DNA of 64,000 bases, from NCBI GenBank assembly GCA_965219415.1, contig CBDCNP010000002.1:4704001-4768000 (forward strand). The letters run 5' to 3'. This stretch comes from Candidatus Marinacidobacterales bacterium. GTDB lineage: Bacteria; Acidobacteriota; Vicinamibacteria; Marinacidobacterales; DATDRI01. The notes beneath the pieces are model-generated. The model was not told the origin of the DNA and searched no databases. It was given only the letters and a program-made list of their open reading frames with translations. Made by a program: the position numbers and the translations under genes. Positions 1-10,276 of the stretch are shown in pieces (position 1 is the first letter of the stretch; each line of letters starts with the position of its first letter).

Positions 1-461
1 TGCTCGATCCGGAGACGCCCGTCCCGGGTGTCACGCAAGGCGCATTGCGGCCGGAGATTGTCGCAATCGCCGTACCCACAACGACGGACGGACACAACAT
101 GACCGGCGACGATTTTTCGGTGACGGCAGGATGGGGACACTTCGGAATTGGCGACGCCGTGATGCCTGGCCAAGGCCGGGTTGTCGAGCGTCCCTACACG
201 CCGGAGGAGCTGGTCGCTTTGGGCGAGACAGTTGCCACCCTTGGTGAGACGACGTTCGACGTGTATCTCAATGCCCGCGCCTTCTGGCGTAACATCCCTG
301 CTTCCGTCTGGCGCTACAAACTGGGCGGCTACCAGGTTCTCAAGAAATGGCTCTCCTACCGTGAGCGCTCTATTCTCAACCGCCCGCTCAAACCCGAGGA
401 AATCCAGCATTTTGCTGACACCGGTCGGCGGATTTCGACGATGGCGCTTACCCGCGTTTAA
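1..461 (+). CDS. Type ISP restriction-modification enzyme, C-terminal specificity domain (5'-partial)
   Basis: Motif NIPASVWRYKLGGYQVLKKWLSYR resembles the Type ISP (LlaBIII-like) C-terminus; the gene appears to start upstream of the window. Confidence 0.7.
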   Translation, partial: LDPETPVPGVTQGALRPEIVAIAVPTTTDGHNMTGDDFSVTAGWGHFGIGDAVMPGQGRVVERPYTPEELVALGETVATLGETTFDVYLNARAFWRNIPASVWRYKLGGYQVLKKWLSYRERSILNRPLKPEEIQHFADTGRRISTMALTRV

Positions 462-1057
462 AGACACTGCCGCTTGGCCTGTGCTCTGCAAAAAGTCGAT
501 CCAGCGTTGATTGCGCGGTTTAGACCTGCCATGTTCGGCTGTTTCTTGCCGCCACCTCTTCCGTCGGTGCAAACGCTCCCCTCGGAAACCAGGATTCGAG
601 ACCGAGACGCCAAGTAGTGACCTGGGTACACGGGCGGTGCGCCGGGGAAGAACCACAGGAGGTGCAGAACCTTGGTTGAGGCCCAATTCGAGACAACAAA
701 GGACATGAAGGAGGTTCAGGCGCACCTGGACCAGAACGTGCTAGTCCGCTACGCCCCAGTAGCCCCGGCCTCGATTCTGGACCCCTCGGGTGGCCTCTTT
801 TTGGCGGCCGCACGGCCCGGTCAGCGCCCGTTCTCCTATTTGGGCGCAAACGTGGCACTCGAAAATCGGGATTAGAGACGAATACCGAAAACGAGGCCCT
901 TTCAGCCCTTCTAGCGCGTCTCTGGTGACACCTACCCCTGCAAAACCCCGCCAACCGCGCGGAAAATCTCACCCGTCTCTGCAGTGCCACAATTGGCCAG
1001 ACTGGGTGGCGGATGGCACAGTTTGGAGCTATCCGGTCTCGGCTGGAAACCAGCAAG

Positions 1058-1243
1058 AACAGGGAAAAACAGGGAATTTGGGCCATTATTGAGGCTGATC
1101 GGGCCGTTTTTGACGTGGTAACCATCTGTATCTAAAATGGTTAGATGACAATTCCCTGTTCCGAAATAACAGGGAATTTGAGATGACCGAACAGGGAATT
1201 TGAAATAGGCAAACAGGGAATTGCTCTGGAAGAACAGGGAATT
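1058..1243. repeat. AACAGGGAA(TT) iteron-like repeat cluster
   Basis: Direct copies at 1058, 1068, 1168, 1190, 1212 and 1233 (last four spaced 21-22 bp); inverted copy AATTCCCTGTT at 1150-1160. Confidence 0.85.
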
Positions 1244-1582
1244 AAGAATCACGCGCTCGCCGATGCGGCTACCGCGTAACCCGCTCGCGAGCTAGAGTTT
1301 GAGCCTGACTTCGAGAGACGCCGTTCTTTCGGTGATGCCGGTTGGGCTGACCACGCGGTGCCTGACGTTCAGAGACATGTCTGTATGTACGCCGACATCC
1401 TTATTGATAGCGATGGCTTGCGCCGACACGCCCAGGCCAACTGACACTAGCATTCAAATACCTCTACCGCGACGACCAAGAACGTCCCAGGGTTGGATCG
1501 GCGTGCTCATGACCGAGTATTCCAGCTTCCCTTGGCGGAGCAAGCGTAGACGCGTCTATACGAAACGCTCTGGCTGATGCAG

Positions 1583-1735
1583 GTCTTGAGTCCGTTCGCG
1601 TTTTTTGGACACGACGGGAAGGTCTGCTCGGAATTGCCTATCGCAGACCCAGTGCCGCATCGGCTGGTCTCCGCGAATTTCGACAACGCCTATAGGATTC
1701 GAGATTTCGGCTCCGCTCGCATTTTCGGACACGAC
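1583..1735. repeat. Orphan IS-end-like repeats ending TTTT(C/T)GGACACGAC
   Basis: 1661-1735 recurs at 53844-53918; related ends at about 1614, 53243, 55635 and 56736; family not assigned. Confidence 0.55.
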
Positions 1736-1865
1736 GCCAGTGCGTTAGCAGCGCTCGCTGGGATCTGTGCGGGGAGCCGCCCGTAAGGGCGGTCCCTACC
1801 GCGAACGTATCGCTTGCTTCCACCAAGCAATTGACCAACATCTGTATACAATATAGAATACCCAC

Positions 1866-2099
1866 ATGAAAGCTATACAGGTGACTTTCGACGAGCAGTT
1901 GCTCGCGGAGCTCGACAACAGCGAAGAAGTGACACGTGAGGGACGGTCCGCCGTATTGCGCCGTGCCGTCAAGGAGTACATCCGGCGGCGACGGCGACGC
2001 TCCATCGCAGATCAGTACCGCCAAGCCTATGGCGAGGAAGGTGGTCTCGGCGAGGAATACAAGGGTTGGGAGGAGCAGGGCGGATGGCCTCTCGACTGA
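1866..2099 (+). CDS. Ribbon-helix-helix antitoxin (MazE-type)
   Basis: RHH pattern IQVTFDEQLLAELD...RSAVLRRAVKEYI, acidic tail, overlaps the toxin start. Confidence 0.85.
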   Translation: MKAIQVTFDEQLLAELDNSEEVTREGRSAVLRRAVKEYIRRRRRRSIADQYRQAYGEEGGLGEEYKGWEEQGGWPLD

Positions 2100-2413
2100 A
2101 TCGCGGTGAGATTTGGATGTTCACGTTCGCGCCGCCGGACAAACGACGCCCGGTTTTGGTGCTCACCCGACAAGAAGTTATTGAAATGCTGCGGACCGTC
2201 ATGGTCGCCCCAATCACCTCGACGATGCATGGAGCCCCCAGTGAAGTCATCGTTGGGACCGACGAAGGCTTGAAGAGAGAATCGGCGATAAACCTTGATC
2301 ACGTGCAGACCGTGGACAAAGCGCGCCTCAAACGCTTTATCGGCAGTGTCGGGCCAGAGAAGATGACTGCGGTTTGCCAGGCCCTCAACATAGCTACAGG
2401 ATGTGCAAGCTGA
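2084..2413 (+). CDS. mazF: PemK/MazF family toxin
   Basis: RGEIW...PDKRRPVLVLTR...VMVAPITST and INLDHVQTVDK motifs. Confidence 0.9.
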   Translation: MASRLNRGEIWMFTFAPPDKRRPVLVLTRQEVIEMLRTVMVAPITSTMHGAPSEVIVGTDEGLKRESAINLDHVQTVDKARLKRFIGSVGPEKMTAVCQALNIATGCAS

Positions 2414-2505
2414 CTTTGTTTAGGCTAATTGGTGGGGACGGTAGTGGTCTAGTTTGAATTTCCTGCCTCTTGCAACGTGGGCAGCCTTTGGTCAATACTC
2501 CTGCC

Positions 2506-2720
2506 ATGAAAATAGAGGATGGAACCCAATCAGCCTTCCGCGTTCTCCAACAAGTCATTGACGAGACCGAGGACGGCGAAGTCTCCCACAAGAATCCGGC
2601 TGCCGTGGCTCTCGGCCGCAAGGGGGGCTGGCATCAGCCAAAGTTCGTATGAAGAAAATATCGCCAGAACGGCGGTCGGAAATCGCTCGCAAAGCAGCTA
2701 ACGCGAGATGGAAAGAGTGA
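2506..2720 (+). pseudogene. Small basic protein (KNPAAVALGRKGG...RSEIARKAANARW), frameshifted
   Basis: The two halves lie in different frames joined at the G-run near 2622-2627; may be a homopolymer sequencing error. Confidence 0.6.
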
Positions 2721-2892
2721 AAGCCTAGACTGCTAGGATCCGCCGTGTGGAGGACTGTGGCCGCGGCAAGAACTTGGCCAGAGAACCGGGTGGCGCTGGA
2801 GCAGCCGACGTGAGGCCTGGGACGATGGACCACTGTTGTCTTGTATAATGGTGGAATATCAAGAAAGGAGGGGCTTGACCACCGCCCAGCAT

Positions 2893-3591
2893 ATGCCGAG
2901 TCATATCAGTGATTTGATCGGCTTGGGTATCTATTCGGTGCCCGAAGCCGGCCGCCTTACTGGCATCAAGTCGCGAACGATTCGAAGATGGCTCCGTGGC
3001 TACAGCTACAAAGTTGGCGACGAACTCCACCACTCGTCAGAGGTCGTCCTTGCGGATCTCAGGCAGACTAAGGAAGCCTTCGCACTAAGCTTTCGCGACC
3101 TCATTGAGGTCCGATTCGTACAAGCGTTTCGACGCCACGGCGTGAGTTGGAAGACTCTCCGAGCGGCCAGCTGCCTTGGTCAGAAGATGCTTCAGACCAC
3201 CCATCCCTTCTCGACGAAGGCCTTCCGTACTGACGGAAAAAAGATTTTCGCTGAACTCGCCGATGGCAGTAGAGACCCAAAACTGTTGGATCTTCTCGAT
3301 AACCAATATGTATTCAGGGAGATCCTGGCGCCGCACCTTTACAGCGGCCTCGAGCGATCGCCTGACGACGAAGTTCTCCGGTGGTGGCCGATGAACCGGA
3401 CCGGTTTGGTCGTCCTAGATCCAGGTCGCAGCTTTGGACAGCCGATAATCAACGAAGAGGGAGTGTCGACCTGGGTTCTGGCCAAAGCCTTTGAGGCGGA
3501 AGAATCGATCAACCGGGTGGCGGGATGGTTTGATGTGAAACCAGCTTCAGTACGTGCAGCGGTCACATTCGAAAATAGACTGGCTGTATGA
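2893..3591 (+). CDS. DUF433/VapB45-like antitoxin (N-terminal HTH)
   Basis: YSVPEAGRL HTH, LSFRDLIEV, LDPGRSFGQPII DUF433 motif. Confidence 0.85.
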   Translation: MPSHISDLIGLGIYSVPEAGRLTGIKSRTIRRWLRGYSYKVGDELHHSSEVVLADLRQTKEAFALSFRDLIEVRFVQAFRRHGVSWKTLRAASCLGQKMLQTTHPFSTKAFRTDGKKIFAELADGSRDPKLLDLLDNQYVFREILAPHLYSGLERSPDDEVLRWWPMNRTGLVVLDPGRSFGQPIINEEGVSTWVLAKAFEAEESINRVAGWFDVKPASVRAAVTFENRLAV

Positions 3592-4001
3592 ATTTTTTTG
3601 CGGACAACAACATTTCCCCCGCGATCGCAAACGCTTTAAGTTCATTGAGCCAAAGGGAAGGCGTCGAGGTTGTCCCACTCCGAGAGAAATTCCCACCGAG
3701 CGTCGAAGATCGGGTCTGGCTGGAGTCACTTGGTAAGGAACGAAACTGGGTAATTTTATCTGGAGATATTTCGATCACTCGCAAACCGCACGAGCGCCTT
3801 GCGTGGCAGCAGTGTGGCCTGACAGCGTTCTTCCTTCAGAAGGGTTGGATGGGCATTCGCTTTTGGGATCAATCGTGGAAGCTCGTCAAATGGTGGCCAA
3901 CGATTATAGAAACAGCCAAGCGTTTCGAGACGGGACACTTATTTTCGGTACCAGTCAAAGGAAGTAAGTTAAAGACGATCGCCACGCCAGGCTCAGCATG
4001 A
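3588..4001 (+). CDS. VapC45-like PIN-domain toxin
   Basis: MNFFADNNI, DRVWL, WVILSGD...RKPHE; ATGA overlap with the antitoxin. Confidence 0.85.
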   Translation: MNFFADNNISPAIANALSSLSQREGVEVVPLREKFPPSVEDRVWLESLGKERNWVILSGDISITRKPHERLAWQQCGLTAFFLQKGWMGIRFWDQSWKLVKWWPTIIETAKRFETGHLFSVPVKGSKLKTIATPGSA

Positions 4002-4245
4002 TGACAACCGTGAGGGAAGTACGCAGGTGAAACGTTCAGAACCCGTGAGGTCAAAATACTCATGCGGCTTCCCGATCCGCCGAGTATGAGACCCAGTCCT
4101 CGGCAGGCAATTCGCCAACCAAACCTAGACACCTCTAATCCGAAACGGCCCGGCGTGAAGGACGCCATGAGCTTCCAGTACGGGCCTCGTGACTCGATTC
4201 ATTTGTGGCATCCAGGAACTCGACCCGCGCATCACTGATATAGGG

Positions 4246-4663
4246 CTAATTCTTCACCGCAAGCTCGAACAAAGCCGCCTCCCGGTCACTGCGCACCAAA
4301 AGATACGGACCAACGAGCGCGGGGCTATTCCACAGCTTGCTGTCGAACAAATGGAGCCGTCCCAGCTCCAGGAGCTCCTCGGGGTTAGGCTCGACGAGCA
4401 TCATCTCACCGTGCTCGGTCTGGACTAAGAGTAGACCCTCCACCAGGAGCATCTGGCCGTGACCGTAGCGACCCCGCTTCCACTGGCGTTCACCGGTCGC
4501 AGCGTCCAGGCAGACCATGATCCCGTCATCGAGTCCGTAGATAAATCCCTCGTGCACGACGAAGTTGGCGAATTTCGCCTTGAGTCGATTGTTTTCCCAG
4601 ACGAGCGTTGCCTCGAGCTTCCCGTTGGCTCCGCGCTGGATCTGAAAACGTTTGGCACCGACC
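4246..4663 (-). pseudogene. PQQ-binding-like (BamB-type) beta-propeller, C-terminal fragment
   Basis: IYGLDDGIMVCLDAATGERQWK, WNSPALVG motifs; 5' part replaced by the IS at 4664. Confidence 0.75.
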
Positions 4664-5948
4664 TGTGCATCGTCAAAACTGCTCCGCCCACGAAATCAAG
4701 GACTTACGCTCCGCTTGAATTCCGGGCCGAAGACGGCGAAACTCTGCCGCTATGCTCGACGTTGTTGTCTTCCTCGTCTCACTTGGCGTCCGTGTCATTC
4801 GGGCGATGTGTCGGCGCCGCGCCGACCTGGTGTTGGAGAACGTCGCTTTGCGGCAGCAAGTGACGGCGCTGAAGAAAGAGCGCCCACGCCCACCGCTCGA
4901 CGACACGGAACGGGCTTTCTGGGTTGCTCTTCGAGGTTCGTGGCCCGTATGGGCGAGCCGCCTGCTCATCGTCCACGCGGACACCGTGGCCCGTTGGCAT
5001 CGCGACCGATTCCGACGGTACTGGGCAAAGATCTCGCAGCGCCGCCATCCCGGTCGGCCTCGGATTGATGCCGAGATTCGCCGCCTCGTCCGCACGATGG
5101 CGCAAGACGGCTGGGGGGCGCCACGCATCCATGCTGAGCTCACCAAGCTCGGTTTCATCATCTCCGAGATTACGGTGTCGCGATACCTGCCGCGGCATCC
5201 TGCGGAGCCCGACCAACTGAAGCGATGGATGGCTTTCTTGCGCAACCATAAAGACGATATCGCCGCCATGGATCTGTTCACCGTGCCCACCGCTTCGCTC
5301 CGGCTGCTGTACGGCTTCTTCGTCATCGAGCACGGGCGTCGGCACATCGTTCACTTCAACGCCACGTTCCACCCGACGTCTGCTTGGGTTATTCAGCAAC
5401 TGCGTGAGGCGTTTCCCTACGACACCGCTCCGAAATATCTCATCTTCGATCGCGACTTCATCTTTAGCGCTGCGGTCATCGAGTTCATCAAAGCAACGGG
5501 CACAAAACCCGTTCGCACTTCGTTTCGCAGCCCATGGCAAAACGGAACTGCGGAGCGGTGGGTCGGCAGCTGCCGTCGCGAGCTCCTTGAGCACGTCGTG
5601 GTTCTCGGCGCATGTCATCTCATCCGGCTCGTGCGAGCTTACATCAGCTACTATCACGAGGACCGTTGCCACTTGGGGCTGAACAAGGACACACCGAGCT
5701 TGAGAGCGGTCACGCACCGACCGTCTCCTACGGCGAAAGTCGTCGCACTGCCGCGAGTCGGTGGATTGCACCATCGATACGAGTGGCGAGAGGCAGCCTG
5801 AGTCAGCTTGGTCGCTCGCGTTACTCGGCTGGTCGCCGAGAAGTTCGTCCTCAGCACCTTCCCTCGCGCGCTGACCACGCTCTCCAGCATGGGCTCGAGG
5901 GCAGTCCGGGCCTAGAGTGCAGTCCCGGATAGATAATGATGATGGACA
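4664..5948 (+). mobile_element. IS481-like element (TGT...ACA ends), copy 1
   Basis: Ends TGTGCATCGTCA / TGATGATGGACA; encodes an rve transposase; no target duplication. Confidence 0.85.
4752..5801 (+). CDS. Integrase-core (rve) DDE transposase
   Basis: AMDLFTVP, LIFDRD and QNGTAERW triad; WGAPRIHAEL HTH. Confidence 0.9.
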   Translation: MLDVVVFLVSLGVRVIRAMCRRRADLVLENVALRQQVTALKKERPRPPLDDTERAFWVALRGSWPVWASRLLIVHADTVARWHRDRFRRYWAKISQRRHPGRPRIDAEIRRLVRTMAQDGWGAPRIHAELTKLGFIISEITVSRYLPRHPAEPDQLKRWMAFLRNHKDDIAAMDLFTVPTASLRLLYGFFVIEHGRRHIVHFNATFHPTSAWVIQQLREAFPYDTAPKYLIFDRDFIFSAAVIEFIKATGTKPVRTSFRSPWQNGTAERWVGSCRRELLEHVVVLGACHLIRLVRAYISYYHEDRCHLGLNKDTPSLRAVTHRPSPTAKVVALPRVGGLHHRYEWREAA

Positions 5949-6458
5949 GGGAGTTGAAATCCTGTTCGAGACCCTCTTCAGCGCTCTTTCGGGTATAGAT
6001 GGCGCAGCGGATTTTCGTCATGTCAGGCCTTGCGCTTGGGCGTCAGACCGAAAAAGCGTGGTCCCGACCAGTGTGTGCCGGTGATTCGCTTTGTGATGGT
6101 GGTGAGGGACGGGTAGGTTTTGCCATCAAACCGATAGCCGTTGTCGGAGTACCTCGACCTGATAGGTCCTGCCATTCCACTCGCGGACGAGATGGGTGCC
6201 GGCAGAAACGGACCCTGCGGGAGCAGAGTGTTTTGGTGTGCCGTTCGCCATGGCGGCCAGAGCGCGTCGGGTTGCGGCCGAATGCCCCCCATGGGTCCGG
6301 CACTGGTGTTCGCACGCAAGAACGCGGCGCAGGAGAGCGCGTGAGAGCGAGCTTGGCGGAGCGGACCCAAAGGTCTGCTCCCAGGCCCGCCGCAGGCTGG
6401 CGAGGTCCAAACCGTCCAGAACGACCCTCCGGCCAACTCTTGTATCCTGCGGCATCAC
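5949..6458 (-). pseudogene. Frameshifted DUF2924 gene plus the first ~24 codons of the serine recombinase
   Basis: Near-identical to 23804-24304; recombinase cut by the IS right end at 5948. Confidence 0.8.
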
Positions 6459-6723
6459 CGGACGTTCGCTCTTTTGCGCCGTAAAGTCCAGTCCAATGGG
6501 CGCTTCCGCGGGTGCGCAGTTCGCGGCCTGCAGCTCGTCCTGCAGCCGATTTGAGCCAGCCAGCCGTGCGTACCCCAGTGGGCCTGTCGCCCGCCACCCG
6601 CAGCCCAGGGGTCGGAAGCACGCCCCGCGGCGCGAAATACCCTGGATTCTGCGCGGATTCCAAGGGCGTCTAAGCTGCTGATTTGTGGTCTATTGCAAAA
6701 GGGCCGAGTTTTGGCACAGGACG

Positions 6724-7167
6724 ACAGCGCATAGAGAGTCCGGACCGTTTCGGCCTCAGCCTCGTTGATGCGCAGCGTGCGCCCGTCCTGCTCGTAGCCG
6801 AGCGGTACATGGCCGCCCATCCATAGTCCCTTGCGCTTGGAGGCAGCGACCTTATCGCGGATCCGCTCGGCCGTGACCTCTCGCTCGAATTGCGCGAAGG
6901 ACAGCAGCATATGCAGCGTCAGTCGTCCCATGCTGGTCGCGGTGTTGAAGGACTCGGTCACCGAGATGAAAACCGCGCCAGCCGCCTCCAGCCGTTCGAC
7001 GGGCTTCGCAAAGTCGGAGAGGGAACGGGTCAGCCGGTCGACCTTGTAGACCACCACCTGCTCGACGAGATCGGCATCGATGTCGGCGAGCAAGCGCTGC
7101 AGGCCCGGACGCTCCAGGGTTCCTCCCGAGATCCCCGCGTCCTCGTAGACAGTTGGCAGCAGCACCC
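6724..7167 (-). pseudogene. Internal fragment of the large serine recombinase
   Basis: VYKVDRLTRS, SFAQFERE; bounded on both sides by CGTCCTGTGCC ends. Confidence 0.85.
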
Positions 7168-7250
7168 CGTCCTGTGCCAAAACTCGGCCCCTTTTAATAG
7201 ACCATAAATCAGCAGCTTAGTGTCCGTGTTTGCGACCGGGCCAAGGGCCG
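7168..7250 (+). repeat. Orphan transposon end CGTCCTGTGCCAAAACTCGGCCC... (representative of ~16 copies)
   Basis: Right-facing at 7168, 12742, 26153, 26357, 33686, 51329, 55565, 58129, 59487; left-facing ending at 6723, 13056, 24573, 33044, 33674, 52337, 62762; 9-nt remnant at 11779. Confidence 0.85.
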
Positions 7251-7341
7251 TAAGTGCGGACGCTCAGGACTGGTTCGCGGTCGGGGTTTTGCACGGGCAC
7301 CCTGTTACTAATTTCAGGGAAAATTGTTACGATAGGGTCCC

Positions 7342-9276
7342 ATGAAGGATCGCTTTCTTGCGGCGTATCTGAAAGACTTTACCGACGACTTCGGGCTTGC
7401 GGAATTCGATGAGAACGAATTGTTCGAACACTTCGTGAACTATTCAATAATCTCCAAGCACCACCCTGAATCCTTCCAACCCGAAGACGTTGCCGTTGGA
7501 GGCTCAGGAGACCTCGGCATCGATGGACTTGCGATCGTCGTAAACGATCACCTCGTCACCTCGACGTCCGACGTGGATTACTTGAAGAAGGTGTTGAGAA
7601 GACTCGATGTGGACTTCATCTTCATTCAAGCCAAAAGTTCTTCTCATTTTTATGCCGCGGAGATCGGCGCGGCCTTCTCAGGAATCCGTCAATTCTTCGG
7701 GCCAAGCGTACCCAACGGCGCCAATAACACAATCCGCGGGCTTCATTCGGTTAAAGAGTACATCTTCGACCATAGCATAGACATGGAACAAAGCCCATCG
7801 TGTCGCATCTATTTCGCCACGACGGGAGTCTGGACCAATGAGCAGGTGCTGCGGACCCGCGCGGACCAAGGCGTCGCTGACCTGCGGGCGACTCAACTTT
7901 TCTCGTCGGCATCTTTTGTTCCGGTCGATGCGGAGGCACTCAAGAAGCTTTATCGAGATCTGAAGAAGAAGATCGTTCGGGAGTTTTTGTTCGAGAAGCA
8001 CACGATTGTTCCGCAGATCAGCGGCATACAGGAGGCATACATCGGTATCGTTCCCTGCTCCGAGTACTTAAAACTGGTGTGTGACGAGGATGACTCTCTG
8101 AACAGACGACTATTCTTCGACAATGTTCGAGACTTCCAAGGCCACAATCCTGTCAACTCCGAAATCGAAGCGACGATTAACGATGCTACGCGAAGCGACC
8201 GTTTTGCTCTGCTCAACAACGGCGTCACGGTCGTGGCTCGGGACGTTAACAAGGTTGGCGCGCGCTTTCGGCTCAATGACTACCAGATCGTGAACGGCTG
8301 TCAGACGACACACATTCTTTACTCGAATCGTGGGAAGCTGAAGCCCAGTATATACCTGCCGCTTAAGCTGATCGTCACGACGGACGCGGAGGTGACTAAC
8401 CAAATAATTCAGGGCACGAATAGACAGACTGAAGTCAAACTCGAAGCATTCGAGTCCCTTGCCCCTTTTCAGAAGGAGCTTGAAGAACTCTATCTCACGA
8501 TGGGGCGTGGCCGTGGCGAACCGTTGTATTACGAGAGACGGTCCAAACAGTACGAGCACTTGGAGATTCGGCGGGAACGAATCATTTCGCTGGCCGTCCA
8601 GGTCAAGTGTTTTCTCGCAATGTTCTTGAATGAACCCCACAGCACGCATCGCTATTACGGCGAACTGCTTAGCGCCTATCGAAACCGGTTGTTCATCGAA
8701 TCACATTCGCCGACCCCCTACTACGTGAGCGGCTTGGCTCTGGCTACACTGGAGCGCCTCTTTCTGAACGGTAAACTTCCGCGCTCGTGGCGGCGTGACA
8801 AGTACCAGTTGTTGATGGTGTACCGCCTTCAGAACAAGTCTGACCTCTCGGCACTGAACGGCAAGGGGATCGAAAAATACTGTGACGGCCTGCTCACAAA
8901 GCTCGGTGATACGCTAGCGGTTGAAGCCGATTTCCGACGCGCAGGCGAGCTAACAGAGGTGGTGCGCCAGCAATCCGCGCCATTTCGGGAGCCTCCGGAA
9001 CGAACCCGCGCGTTCACAGAAGCCCTTGAGAAGGCAGTCGTTCGTCCCGGCCAGTCTACTCTCGCCAAGACCGACCAGGAGACGGGAACTGTCAAGCGAT
9101 TCAGCGACATCCGGGGGTACGGGTTCGTAGAGCGTGATTCTGGCGGCGACGCGTTTGTTCACTATTCGTACATATCTGGCAAAGGCTACCGCTCCTTGTC
9201 GGAGGGCCAGCGCGTCAGGTTCTCGGTAGTTGAGACACCTCGCGGAATTCAAGCAGTTGATGTAGAGACTATCTAA
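7342..9276 (+). CDS. AIPR family protein with C-terminal cold-shock domain
   Basis: DLGIDG, FDNVRDFQG, LLNNGVTVV, QIVNGCQT (AIPR); GTVKRF..RGYGFV...DAFVHYS (CSD RNP1/RNP2). Confidence 0.9.
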   Translation: MKDRFLAAYLKDFTDDFGLAEFDENELFEHFVNYSIISKHHPESFQPEDVAVGGSGDLGIDGLAIVVNDHLVTSTSDVDYLKKVLRRLDVDFIFIQAKSSSHFYAAEIGAAFSGIRQFFGPSVPNGANNTIRGLHSVKEYIFDHSIDMEQSPSCRIYFATTGVWTNEQVLRTRADQGVADLRATQLFSSASFVPVDAEALKKLYRDLKKKIVREFLFEKHTIVPQISGIQEAYIGIVPCSEYLKLVCDEDDSLNRRLFFDNVRDFQGHNPVNSEIEATINDATRSDRFALLNNGVTVVARDVNKVGARFRLNDYQIVNGCQTTHILYSNRGKLKPSIYLPLKLIVTTDAEVTNQIIQGTNRQTEVKLEAFESLAPFQKELEELYLTMGRGRGEPLYYERRSKQYEHLEIRRERIISLAVQVKCFLAMFLNEPHSTHRYYGELLSAYRNRLFIESHSPTPYYVSGLALATLERLFLNGKLPRSWRRDKYQLLMVYRLQNKSDLSALNGKGIEKYCDGLLTKLGDTLAVEADFRRAGELTEVVRQQSAPFREPPERTRAFTEALEKAVVRPGQSTLAKTDQETGTVKRFSDIRGYGFVERDSGGDAFVHYSYISGKGYRSLSEGQRVRFSVVETPRGIQAVDVETI

Positions 9277-9390
9277 GGTTACACCATGGCGGTTGCGGCA
9301 TCGGTGAGCGCTGCCGGGTTTCGGGGCAAGCGTCTCAGGCTTTCTGACGACGACCGGCGTAGGCTCGCCGTCAAGGCCCAGGCTTTGAGC

Positions 9391-9490
9391 GGTGCTTGCG
9401 CTGTTTACTGTTGGTGATGTGTACGCATCCCTTTGAAAAAAAGCGCTTACGCTCCATTTAGCGCGCAGCGAAGGTCACGAGCGCTATTTT
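9391..9490 (+). mobile_element. IS1-related MITE, truncated copy
   Basis: Matches the left ~100 bp of the 166-bp element. Confidence 0.8.
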
Positions 9491-9496
9491 AGGGGT

Positions 9497-10169
9497 TGTG
9501 CATCGTCAAAACTGCTCCGCCCACGAAATCAAGGACTTACGCTCCGCTTGAATTCCGGGCCGAAGACGGCGAAACTCCGCCGCTATGCTCGATGTTGTTA
9601 TCTTCCTCGTCTCACTTGGCGTCCGTGCCATTCGGGCGATGTGTCGGCGCCGCGCCGACCTGGTGTTGGAGAACGTCGCTTTGCGGCAGCAAGTGACGGC
9701 GCTGAAGAAGGAGCGCCCACGCCCACCGCTCGACGACACGGAGCGGGCTTTCTGGGTTGCCCTTCGAGGTTCGTGGCCCGTGTGGGCGAGCCGCCTGCTC
9801 ATCGTCCACGCGGACACCGTGGCCCGTTGGCATCGCGCCGGATTCGGACGGTACTGGGGAAAGATCTCGCATCGCCGCCATCCCGGTCGGCCTCGGATTG
9901 ATGCCGAGATTCGTCGCCTCGTCCGCACGATGGCGCAAGACGGCTGGGGGGCGCCACGCATCCATGCTGAGCTCACCAAGCGTGGATTGCACCATCGATA
10001 CGAGTGGCGAGAGGCAGCCTGAGTCAGCTTGGTCGCTCGCGTTACTCGGCTGGTCGCCGAGAAGTTCGTCCTCAGCACCTTCCCTCGCGCGCTGACCACG
10101 CTCTCCAGCATGTGCTCGAGGGCGGTCCAGGCCTAGAGTCCAGTCCCGGACTAATAATGATGATGGACA
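9497..10169 (+). mobile_element. IS481-like element, internally deleted copy 2
   Basis: Both ends intact; ORF jumps from AELTK to GLHHRYEWREAA, losing the DDE core. Confidence 0.9.
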
Positions 10170-10199
10170 GCTACCTCATCGCAGCCAAGTACGATGGTT

Positions 10200-10253
10200 G
10201 TGCTCCGCAAAAAATCGATCCAGCGGTACGCGATCTTCTTTTTTGCGGATCAC
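10200..10253. repeat. 54-bp mini inverted-repeat element (GTGCTCCGCAAAAAA...TTTTTTGCGGATCAC)
   Basis: The same ends occur separately at about 480, 26203 and 26575. Confidence 0.6.
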
Positions 10254-10276
10254 TAGAGTCTGACGCCGAGCAGCCG

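Noticed and set aside
1000-1045. tRNA gene or attachment site
   Set aside because: Only a degenerate resemblance to a tRNA end; no cloverleaf or T-loop consensus
4779-5774. 331-aa antisense ORF (and equivalents opposite other transposases and cas8c)
   Set aside because: Shadow ORFs of GC-rich genes, with no recognisable motifs
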